This document shows, in pieces, positions 16,665-27,800 of a DNA stretch of 64,000 bases; within the stretch, counting starts at the first letter, position 1, and the number at the start of each line of letters is the position of its first letter. The position numbers and the translations under genes are program-made. The notes below the pieces were generated by a model. That model made no database searches. It was not told the DNA's origin and saw nothing but the letters and a program-made list of their open reading frames with translations. The DNA is from Macrostomum lignano (Eukaryota). The stretch is from positions 47,583-111,582 of the forward strand of contig NIVC01000437.1 of NCBI GenBank assembly GCA_002269645.1, written 5' to 3'.

Positions 16665-19600
16665 ATGAGTTGTCCTGCCATGCAGCTGACGTCATGCAGC
16701 ATTCAGTTCAGCAAGCTGGGCGACCCGCTGATGTCGCTCGATTTTGCGTCCAACGAGGCGCAGACGGCGTCCACTGTTACAGTTTACAATCGGAAATCGT
16801 TCGGCATGCAAACCAAAGTCTGCGATGCCCCGCTGCCAAAAAGTGGCAGTTCGTCCTCGAATGAGTTGAAGAGCCTGCTTCATCAAATATTGACCGCGGT
16901 TGAGTCTTTCAGAACAGAGATCGGCTTCGACAAAGACTTTCACGGCAAAGCGGCTGCTCATCCTGAGCAGGGCATGCTAGCATTCCACTTCTCCCAAGGC
17001 CCATCATCTGCGGAGGCCCCGAATCAGCCAGTCTGGAATGAGGCCTGGACTCGAACCCCTAGAGCCGATTTTCCCTCGAAAATCGAAGTGGCTAGCGGTG
17101 AATTCGGACATCAATTCGTGTTTCGAGCGGGTAAAATGCTGACGGAGCTTAGAAGAAAGGTAGTTAACAAATGTCATTTGTATTTTTTACTGGCAAAATA
17201 TATATTTGATAATTTAGATGGTTCTCATGGACATAGTCGCCCAATTTATAAATGGCATAGGTTTCCAGGGTCACTGGCATGAGCACAGTCACCTCAGCTG
17301 TTAATGGCATAGGTATCCATTCAGGTCACTGGCATGAGCACAGTCACCCCAGCTGTTAATGGCATAGGTATCCATTCAGGTCACTGGCATGAGCACAGTC
17401 ACCCCAGCTGTTAATGGCATAGGTATGCATGCAGGTCACTGGCATGAGCACAGTCACCCCATCTGTTAATGGCATAGGTATCCAGGTCACTGGAATGAGC
17501 ACAGTCACCCCATCTGTTAATGGCATAGGTATCCAAGGTCACTGGCATGAGCACAGTCACCCCAGCTGTTAATGGCATAGGTATCCAGGTCACTGGCATG
17601 AGCACAGTCACCCCAGCTGTTAATGGCATAGGTATCCAGGTCACTGGAATGAGCACAGTCACCCCAGCTGTTAATGGCATAGGTATCCAGGTCACTGGCA
17701 TGAGCACAGTCACCCCATCTGTTAATGGCATAGGTATCCAAGGTCACTGGCATGAGCACAGTCACCCCATCTGTTAATGGCATAGGTATCCAGGTCACTG
17801 GCATGAGCACAGTCACCCCATCTGTTAATGGCATAGGTATCCAAGGTCACTGGCATGAGCACAGTCACCCCATCTGTTAATGGCATAGGTATCCAAGGTC
17901 ACTGGCATGAGCACAGTCACCCCATCTGTTAATGGCATAGGTATCCAAGGTCACTGGCATGAGCACAGTCACCCCATCTGTTAATGGCATAGGTATCCAA
18001 GGTCACTGGCATGAGCACAGTCACATAGAGATTTCGATTACATGAGTGTGTACAAGCACATGCAGCGTCATATTGTTTTCATTTCAACACTGCTCCAAAA
18101 AAACGTCCCGTTGAACAGCGCAACAACCGGGAGACCTTGATGATCACTGATGTAAACGGCGTTAACAGTACCGGCGACGAAGAAATTTTCGACGCCATCG
18201 ACAGTGAAATATCGGATAGCCATCGAGTGTGCTTCGGCGTTCGCTGGACAGCCAGAACTGGCCGTCTGCGCGTTGTCTGCTGGCTGCATCCTGAGTGGCC
18301 GGAGCAGCGACTGGCACGAGCTGGACCGCATTACAGCGCCTGGCTGCGCAGTCGAATGAGGAAGGCCGCTGTTAACAACTATCTGTGCGTATTCGACGAT
18401 TTTGTTGGAGAACGAAACCTGAGTAATTCAAATGATGTCGCGGAGGCTGTACTGGCAGAGGCTGACGGCAGAGGAGAAGGTAAGTTTACACTGAGTTAGC
18501 GAGGTAACTTGGTACTTCTCGGTCCCTCGGTCACAGTCATATCGAGATTTTTATGACGTAAGTGAGTGTGTACAAGTACATATAGCACACGTCTAGCTTT
18601 CTTTGATGTAAAACTTCGAAGTTCACATAGGGCAGGGCTTTGACAACTGTCGCAAATTACGAAATGGACAGTTGACCCGAGAGAAAGGTAGAAAGTTAGC
18701 GAGTTAGTCAGACCGATTCCACCGACCTCACAGCACTCAAAAGGATACGTGCGCAGGAACACACTAACGCAGGACACTTGTCTTGAGGGTTTAGCTCACG
18801 TGCCCCTAAGTAAATCATAAGGCAACCCTTGATTAATTTTCGGGCACAATGTCCAAATCCAGGGAATTTCAACGCGAGAGTCAGACGCGTTACCGCTGAT
18901 GTTCTCTGGCCCTACGACGTTAATATAGCACTCGGTTTCTTACTTTTCCAGACTGCCCGCTATTTTTTTTGGCCGTGGAGTCGCACAGTTTCACCGTGGC
19001 CGATTGGCTCCTCGAATACAGAAAAAAACTGCTTCGACAAGAAGACGACAGGATCGAAGTTGTTACCATTCAAGCAATCGACGCCTACAATAAATGGGGC
19101 GACACGGCGCTAACGCGTTGTTGCGGTCGCGGCGGTGATGCAAAAGTCATCAATTACTTGCTGTCCAGAGGCTGCGATCGGCTTCATCAGACAGACATCA
19201 CCGGTAACACCGCTATGCACCGACTCGCTGCATCAATCCCGTCAACTGCCGACGGTCAGACTGTGGTTCGGCCGGTGCTCAACGCCCTGCTGAATGGATT
19301 GTCGGTCGATCTGCTCACGGAGTGGCTTGCCAAGGAGAACCACGCAGGGGAGCGAGCGGCGGCTTTAGTTTCCAATGCCGCTATGCTGGATGCTCTGTTG
19401 GAGGCGTTGGAAATTCCAATGGCCAGGTGACGAAGTTAAATTATTGTATTCTTGCTTTTGTTTAACTTGCACCGACCAGCCTGTTTACAAGATTTTAGAC
19501 TATTTTGGGGAAATAACGCACCAACCATACTAGAATTTGTGTCACAATCCAATGCGTCACCATTCAAATTACAGTTTGTGTCACCATCCAAACTACAGTT

Positions 19601-22600
19601 TGTGTCACCATCCAAACTACAGTTTGTGTCACCATCCAAACTACAGTTTGTGTCACCATCCAAACTACAGTTTGTGTCACCATCCAAACTACAGTTTGTG
19701 TCACCATCCAAACTACAGTTTGTGTCCCTTCAAGTTTATATTGTGCCACCCCCTCATCGGGCAGTTTGTGACCGTCGCCATGCAATACGTGTCGCCATTT
19801 AGTGATAAACTTTTGTCTCCCCTACCTGCATGTATGCAGCGCTCAGAGACACCAAGCTGGGACACTCGGCAGGCCCAAACTCGACTGCCAGCTGCTGTTT
19901 CGCTCGGCCAGCGGCTCCAGCATCGGGCACAGTCTGGCAGCTTTCGGCAGTCTTGAAGCCGTCGAGCCGGTGGTCACTGGCCGGCTGGGCGTGGAAACTT
20001 GGAAAGAACTGCTGTGCGGCAACTGCCAGTTCGGCTACACGCCGATGCACGCAGCCTGTCAGACTGGGAAATGGTCCAACGTTGCCTACCTGATCCAGGA
20101 AATGATCCAGCCTCCGCCGCCTCCGTCTGCGCTGGACTTGGCTATCAGAGAGCGTCAGCTTGTCACCTATAAACAGTTTAACAATTTTGCCGATTGCATG
20201 AAGACTGGGTCGAATATTTGCACCGAATCAGCTGATATGAGCTGCTCTGATGCTGAGGCCGTAGCTTTAACCATTTTGGATCGAGCAGAAGACTGCCTTG
20301 TGGCTGCGGATCAGGAGAATGGTAATCTACCTTCTATAATGCGAGTTGGCGTGGTAGCTCAGCTAATGTATCGGCTTATCTATCAGCTGGTGCCTCAGAA
20401 ATATTTGACTTGGTCACGGTTTCTTAGAAAATCTTTTAATCCCAGACAGGTGTCTCCACAACAGGCAGGCATCCTAAACAGTTTTTGAGACATGTGCCCC
20501 TGACAGGTATCAGAGACAGTTGTCACAGACCGGTATCACAGACAGGTGTCACAGACAGGTGTCACAGACAGGTGTCACAGACAGGTGTCACAGACAGGTG
20601 TCTCAGACAGGTGTCACAGACAGGTGTCACAGACAGGTGTCACAGACAGGTGTCACAGACAGGTGTCACAGACACGTGTCACAGACAGGTGTCACAGACA
20701 GGTGTCACAGACAGGTATCACAGACACGTGTCACAGACAGGTGTCACAGACAGGTATCACAGACACGTGTCACAGACAGGTGTCACAGACAGGTATCACA
20801 GACAGGTGTCACAGACAGGTATCACAGACACGTGTCACAGACAGGTGTCACAGACAGGTGTCTCAGTCGTACAACGTTCTCCCATACCCAACGCTATCCA
20901 GACAAAACTGAGGCGGCCAACTTTCGCCTCCAGTGGTCCATGGCCGCCCTGGCAACCACAGCGTCGTCTGCTTTTAGCGACGACGCCAGCAGAGACCCGG
21001 TCCTCGGCTGCGTTCAAGCGGCCCTCCGGGACGGGTCGGCAGCGCCGCTGCGGGGTCTGATTCGCGGTAGCGGCTCGGACGACAGCTCGGGATTGGGCCT
21101 GGCGCTTCAGGTTTGCTGATTAAATTGTTGATTAAAATTTAAACTAGCGATTGCATACTACTGACGAGTAGGGGCATCGAGATTGGGCGTTCATCCCTTT
21201 TTTGCGTGTGAAAAATTGCAAACTGACATGACTAGTTTTCTTCAGGAATTCTTGACGCTCGCAAGACGAGTTGACGAGTCTGTAATGAGCTTGTGACAGT
21301 AAAGATTCCGCAGGACAAGTTCTGGACAATCGCGACTTCTCAATTTGTTTGGAACGTGCAGTGGGACGGGGAAAGAGCACAAAGCGAGGAGAAATGAAAG
21401 GGAAGAGAGAAAAGAAAGGAGAGGGGACATGAAGGATGCAGAGGGCGCAGAGGGCGCAGAGGGCGCAGAGGGCGCAGAGGGCGCAGAGGGCGCAGAGGGC
21501 GCAGAGGGCGCAGAGGGCGCAGAGGGCGCGGAGGGCGCAGAAAAAAGGATACAGAGGACACAGAGGACACATTGGACGCAGAGGAGAGGACACAGAATAT
21601 AAAGAACACAGATGAGTGGACACAGGCGAGGGCACAGAGGAGAGGACACAGAGGACCCAGAGGACACAGAGGACGCAGAGAACACAGAGGACACAGAGGA
21701 CGCAGAAGAGAGGACACAGGAGAGGGCACAGTGGACACAGAGGACACAGAGGACGCAGAGGACGCAGAGGACGCAGAGGACGCAGAGGACACAGAGGACG
21801 CAGAGGACGCAGAGGACACAGAAGAGAGGACACAGGAGAGAGGACACAGAAGAGAGGACACAGGAGAGGGCACAGTGGACACAGAGGACACAGAGGACGC
21901 AGAGGACACAGAGGACACGGAGGACGCAGAGGACACAGAAGAGAGAGCACAGGAGACACAGAGAAGAGGACACAGGACGCAGAGGAGAGGGCACAGGAGA
22001 CACAGAGAAGAGGACACAGGACGCAGAGGACACAGAGGACACAGAGGACGCAGAAGAGAGGACACCGGAGAGGGCACAGTGGACACAGAGGAGAGAGCAC
22101 AGGAGACACAGAGAAGAGGACACAGGACGCCGAGGAGAGGGCACAGTGGACACAGAGGACACAGAGGACGCAGAGGACACCAGAGGACACAGAGGACACA
22201 GAGGACACAGAGGACACAGAGGACGCAGAGGACACAGAGGAGAGAGCACAGGAGACACAGAGAAGAGGACACAGAGGACACAGAGGAGAGGGTACAGTGG
22301 ACACAGAGGACACAGAGGAGAGAGCACAGGAGACACAGAGAAGAGGACACAGGACGCAGAGGACACAAAACTTGCATTTCTTGCAGGCCCTGGAGTCGCA
22401 GCCGCACCAACTGCTCAAACTCACTCTGCCGGGCGAGAATCTCACTTGTCCAGGGAGTCTGGACGGCCTTCTCGGCCTGGCACTTCGGCGGAAGAAGTGG
22501 CAGCTGGCTGGCGAGCTGCTGCTGGCTCGCCAGTTCGACCTGCTGCCAGCCTGCCTGGGCATCATGCTGACCCTGCGGCTGCGACAGGCGGACCTGCTGC

Positions 22601-25600
22601 AGCAGTCAGACGAGAGTCAGGCAGCTGCGCTACTTGGCAGCAGTTCCAGACGACGGGGCAGCGCTGTTGATGTTGAACTACCGTTTGAACTGGCAGAGGT
22701 GAGGCACCATTTGAGCGCAGGAGACCACTTTTAAATTGTAAGAAAACCCATTTGGTTTCAAGCCTTGGTTACGTAGCTCGGGCAAAGTGAAACTGTATCT
22801 AAAAGTTTTCAAAATAACGTTTTCAAAAACTTTAACCATCGAAATTTGCGTATTTGTAGCATCCATCTGTTTCACTTGTCCATGGCTCTGTCAGGACTCG
22901 ACACATTGAGTCGAATCATTTCATTCATACCTGCTCTTCCAATCTCAAAAAAAACTCTTTCAAGGCTCTCTACAGTCAGGCAAAGCAGGTGTTCTGCACG
23001 GCGCTCCAGCGGCTCTACAGGGGCGCCATCACGGAGGCGCACAAAGGCCTGGTGTTCAACTATCTCGGCGGTCGGTTTCACGGCGGTGACAGCTCAGGCA
23101 GGGGACCCCTGTTCTGTCCGGACGTGATTCGCGGCGATAGCGACGGCAGCGACGGTCGGTGCCTTTTCGACCTTATGCTGCTAACGCACGAACCGGAGCT
23201 GCTGGCTCTGCCCTGCGCCACAGACTACGTCGACCTGCTACTGGCCAGCCCGCGAACCTTCTGCTGTCATCTGTGCCGCGACAGCCACGGCGACCGGCGC
23301 TTGGAAGGCCCGAGTTGCAGCTCCGGCCCGGTTCGAATCATCTCGAGCCTCTGGCCGGAACGTGGCGACCGGCTGCGGCGACGTCTGCCAAATGGCTGCA
23401 CTCCGCAGGTCAGCATGCTTGTCTGCGCGCTCTTCAATGCCGCCTTTCTCTGCCTGCTTGGCTTCTACGTGTACGAGGTGAGGAAATTACCGGCTTAACT
23501 TGGTGAAATAAATGGTCAGGGAGGTGGACTGAAGTAGAGGTTCTGAGGGATACGATGACTGAGCAGACACGATGACCGAGCAGACACGATGACCGAGCAG
23601 ACACGATGACCGAGCAGACACGATGACCGAGCAGACACGATGACCGAGCAGACACGATGACCGAGTAGACACTATGACCGAGCAGACACGATGACCGAGC
23701 AGACACGATGACCGAGTGGACACTATGACCGAGCAGACACGATGACCGAGCAGACACGATGACCGAGTAGACACTATGACCGAGCAGACACGATGACCGA
23801 GCAGACACGATGACCGAGTAGACACTATGACCGAGCAGACACGATGACCGAGCAAACACGATGACTGAGCAGACACGATTACCGAGCAGACATGATGACC
23901 GAACAGACTCGAATACGTGTCAAAATCTAAATATACTAAATTACATACTAAACTTTCGAAAACCAACCTGCTAATTCCTCAGGTGGGAGAACCGAGATCT
24001 CACGGCGCAATGATGTTTTTGAAGCTGCTACTCCTGTTCTGCGGCCTGTCCTACTCTGTCCAAGAGTTGCAAGACGTTCGATCCGTAAAGTTCGTGCCGG
24101 GTTATAAATCGATGAGCTTTTGCAAGCGACTGTCCTGGTACCTGTCCTACAGATGGAACCTAGTGGACATTGCAGCCATGGCATTTCTACTGATTGGATT
24201 AATTTGGATCATTGTACTGGATGCTACAACCGTATCGTATAAAGAAACCACCAACGGTTTGTCGTACTACTTTGCCAGGTAAAAACTACTTTGTTGATTA
24301 GCAACCGCCAACCGCAACTTGAGATTAGAAACACCAATTAGCAACATCACAGTCAGATTAACAACCCTGCTTTGAGATTAGCAACCTTCCTAAGCGCATG
24401 ACGCGTATTCACCTGAAGCATAGCAACACCACATCTGCATTCTCCAGGCTATTTTTAGCTGTGTCATTCATCTTCTACTGTATGCGGATGCTGTCCAGTC
24501 TTGGTTATTTCGAACGTCTCGGCCTCTACATCAGCATCACTAAGACGACAATTATGATGGACGTGATTCCGTTTCTGATTGTCAATGCGTTTTTTCTCGC
24601 ATCGTTTGGTATATTGATTGTGTGCCTGCTGTTTCCCAGCGGGCACACCTACGTGCAAGGTAAGCGATGATTTATCTGCGACTGAACCAGCATTTTCTAT
24701 CAGAACAAAGATCATTCGTGTCAACCTGTAAAATGTAGGAATACACCTGTAAAATGTAGGAATACACCTGTAAAATGTAGGAATACACCTGTAAAATGTA
24801 GGAATACACCTGTAAAATGTAGGAATTCACCTGTAAAATGTAGGAATACACCTGTAAAATGCAGGAATACACCTTTAAAATGTAGGAATTCACCTGTAAA
24901 ATGTAGGAATTCACCTGTAAAATGCAGGAATACACCTGTAAAATGTAGGAATACACCTGCAAAATGTAGGAATACACCTGTAAAATGTAGGAATGCACCT
25001 GTAAAATGCAGGAATACACCTGTAAAATGCAGGAATACACCTTTAAAATGTAGGAATTCACCTGTAAAATGTAGGAATTCACCTGTAAAATGCAGGAATT
25101 CACCTGTAAAATGTAACAGGTGTATTCAACCAGTAAAATGTAAGAAGACACCCATTACACTTGTCAAATATAGAAACAAAGCTGCGTCTTTCAAGAAGCA
25201 TTCTTCGAATTCTTGAACCAAAACAGGCAACAACTACGAGAACCCAACTCGATCGGAGATGCTATCAACCGGCTCCTACATCACCGAGGTGTTCCAGCGC
25301 CCTCTGCTCGCCCATTTCGGCGAGTTTGGCATGGACTGGCTGCGCCAGTGCCAGCGCGATCCGCCCAATTCTGGTCAGGAGTCAGAAAGAAACTGCCCTC
25401 ATCCGCTTGGCAACAAAATCTATACCCGAGCAGTTCTGTTCGTCTATCTGCTCATCATTAGCATAGTGCTCATCAATGTGCTCATCGCAAAGCTCAGCCT
25501 GACAGTTGGCAAAGAAGACGAACGAGCTCGCGTCATCTGGAGAAGTTTCCGGGCCCAGCTGCTGGCCGAGTTCGGCGGAGAAAGTAACTCGACGCCGCCG

Positions 25601-26680
25601 ATTCTGCTGGCCATCGCCTGGATTGTGACGTCCCCCGCCAGGCTGTGGAGATGCTGCACGTCTAGGAGGTCGCCAACTGCCGACTCGGTTGGGGGCGCCG
25701 CAGCTGCACAAGGGCACAACGATGTCAACGGAGGTGCTTCAGCTGTTACTGTGACTGCAACTGCTTCCAGTGAAGACTATTCGTACAACATCACGAGTGA
25801 CACGGTTATGACCACTGTAGTGGCCAAAGGTTCTCAGGGAAGCCTGCTATCGGAGGCTGAGAAAGCCGAACTGGGCAGAGCTGATGAGGTGAGTTCCCTC
25901 ATGCTACCAGTAGTTGCCGGAGACTGTGTGCGATTGCGTTTCTGCTTGCTCCTCGGGAGCTCGAAGGTGTATAGGTGGCTCAGTAACTTGAGATCTGGGT
26001 CGTATGGGAGGCTGGCCCAGCAACTGAGGGTCTGTAAGAGGCTGGCCCAGCAACTAAGGATCTGGGAAACTAATCCAGCAACTGAGGATCTGGGAGGCTG
26101 GCCCAGCAACTGACACTATGGGAGGCTGGTGGCCCAGCAACTGAGGATATGGGAGGCTGTTGGTCCAGCAATTTTTGAGGATCTAGGAGGCTAGCCCAGC
26201 AACTGAGGATCTAGGAGGCTAGCCCAGCAACTGAGGATCTGGGAGGCTGGCATAGCAACTGAGGATCTGAGAGGCTGGCCCAGCAACTGGGGGATCTGGG
26301 AGGCTGGTAGCCTAGCAAATGGGGGATCTGGGAGGCTGGCCCAGCAACTGGGGGATCTGGGAGGCTGGTGGCCCAGTAACTGGGGTATCTGGGAGGCTGG
26401 TAGCCCAGCAACTGGGGGATCTGGGAGGTTGGTAGCCCAGCAACTGGGGGATCTGGGAGGCTGGCCCAGCAACTGGGGGATCTTGGATGCGGTTTCGTGA
26501 TAAAAAGCAAACTCCTTATCTTTTAAACCACCTCAGAGGAGCAGCGCAGCCCTGCCCTGGTGGCAGGTTGCTCACGGCAACAATCGCATGGCGCCGAAAG
26601 ATTTCCGCGAGTTTCTCTGGTTCCAGTCGATGCAGTTCAGAACAGTGCGACAAAAGTTCGCCATAGCCAGTCGCAATTGA
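16665..26680 (+). CDS. Ankyrin-repeat TRPM-like cation channel, ~1389 aa. Exons 16665-17130, 18066-18479, 18952-19426, 19840-20321, 20902-21110, 22387-22698, 22980-23477, 23983-24278, 24448-24659, 25227-25888, 26537-26680
   Basis: All 10 introns GT-AG with matching phase; total 4170 nt (1390 codons). Ankyrin motifs GDTALTRCC, GNTAMHRLA, GYTPMHAAC. TRPM-like S3 RWNLVD, S4-S5 MRMLSSLGYFERLGLYI, pore VFQRPLLAHFGE with two pore-loop Cys, S6/TRP box INVLIAKLS...WRSFRAQLLAEF. The ATG could lie further upstream. Confidence 0.88.
17250..18024. repeat. 51-bp minisatellite, ~15 copies (channel intron 1)
   Basis: Unit GTCACTGGCATGAGCACAGTCACCCCAGCTGTTAATGGCATAGGTATCCAG. Confidence 0.95.
19570..19725. 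repeat. 24-bp minisatellite (channel intron 3)
   Basis: Unit ACAGTTTGTGTCACCATCCAAACT. Confidence 0.95.
20500..20865. repeat. 13-bp minisatellite (channel intron 4)
   Basis: Unit GACAGGTGTCACA. Confidence 0.95.
21436..22368. repeat. Purine-rich 9-bp-based compound repeat (channel intron 5)
   Basis: (GGGCGCAGA)n followed by mixed GAGGACACA/GAGGACGCA units. Confidence 0.93.
23552..23905. repeat. 17-bp minisatellite (channel intron 7)
   Basis: Unit GATGACCGAGCAGACAC. Confidence 0.95.
24724..25114. repeat. 21-bp minisatellite (channel intron 9)
   Basis: Unit ACCTGTAAAATGTAGGAATAC. Confidence 0.95.
26006..26482. repeat. ~27-30-bp G-rich minisatellite (channel intron 10)
   Basis: Unit GGAGGCTGGCCCAGCAACTGAGGATCTG and variants. 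Confidence 0.93.
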
Positions 26681-27429
26681 CTACTGCCCGACCATAGATT
26701 TCAAAGCTATAATTTTATAACCCTTATCGGCTTCTGATAACGGTGGCGGCATGTTTTATTTTATTTTCTCTCTCAATATTTCAAATTGGATTTGTAATGA
26801 TTTAACAATATTATCGTGTTTTAACCACGTTAATAGACATTTTTTTCGTTGTGTGGCGTGTCCGTTTAAACTTTAATGTACATGTCGATAAAATATAAGT
26901 TTACAAGCGCTATCGTGTTTTATAATAATGCTACCTAAAGGAAAACAGAAATCTACTGTACTCCATCATTTTCTACCAATTTTTATCCAGAAGAGGCAAC
27001 AACCTCCGAAGCACAGTGTGTGTAGTACATAATTGAGATGAAGATAAGGTAAGCAAAGTCTGTTAAAAGTGTTGAACTTTGAACTTTGACAAGAATCACT
27101 AGGGGAGTCATTGCAAACAACTTCCTATATAGTGACTCTAGCGACTTTAGCAAGAGTTGTTGTTTTAACGTAGTTGTTATGTACCGTTTTCATCAGATGG
27201 GGCCGCTTTACGTCCAGTGTGAGTGCGTGCTCAGGGTTCAGTACTCGTAAGTAAAAATAGCTTGCCGCCTCACGGTTTCCGTTGGACTGTCGCCTTTAAG
27301 TTGTGGCAACACATCAAATTAGCCCCTGCGAACCCGCTAAATGTACCATCATTGTAAAAACCTAGCTCATCGACTTGACATTAAATGTTCCCCCTCCCTT
27401 ATAAAGATAATAATTGCACGGCGGTTGCA

Positions 27430-27800
27430 AGCACTGGCGCAACCGTCATTCCGTTGATTGTTCCATCAAATTCTCGGACACTTGAGCAAATACAAGCGCA
27501 CCAAATACTGTACGCAGGCACGCACTAGTACACATGTTCTCACACGGTTTACAGCTGTCCATGCAATGGTTGGCCCTTTTGGTTGCCTTAACAGGCAGAT
27601 GTGCAACCGACAGCTCAGCTGCAGCTATTGCGCGGCGCATCTGAAGGCTGCGTACGGCTGTTCAGTCTAAGGACTGGGGGCCGCCACACACATCCTCAAT
27701 TACCCCAGCCGATGTTGGCACCCATTTTACAGCTGGGTGAACTGAAGCAATGCAGAGTTAAGTTGTGAGTCAGACCCTCAAGCCAACTAGGCTAAAACCT
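27430..27800 (-). mobile_element. SINE family 2, degenerate copy with internal deletion
   Basis: 27596-27762 aligns with 15300-15480. 27490-27530 carries the GTGCGTGCCTGCGTACAGTA block also present in SINE family 1. Confidence 0.6.

Noticed and set aside
21144-22734. Long ORFs (332-473 aa) on both strands
   Set aside because: Translations of a stop-free intronic repeat; only 22387-22698 is a real exon.
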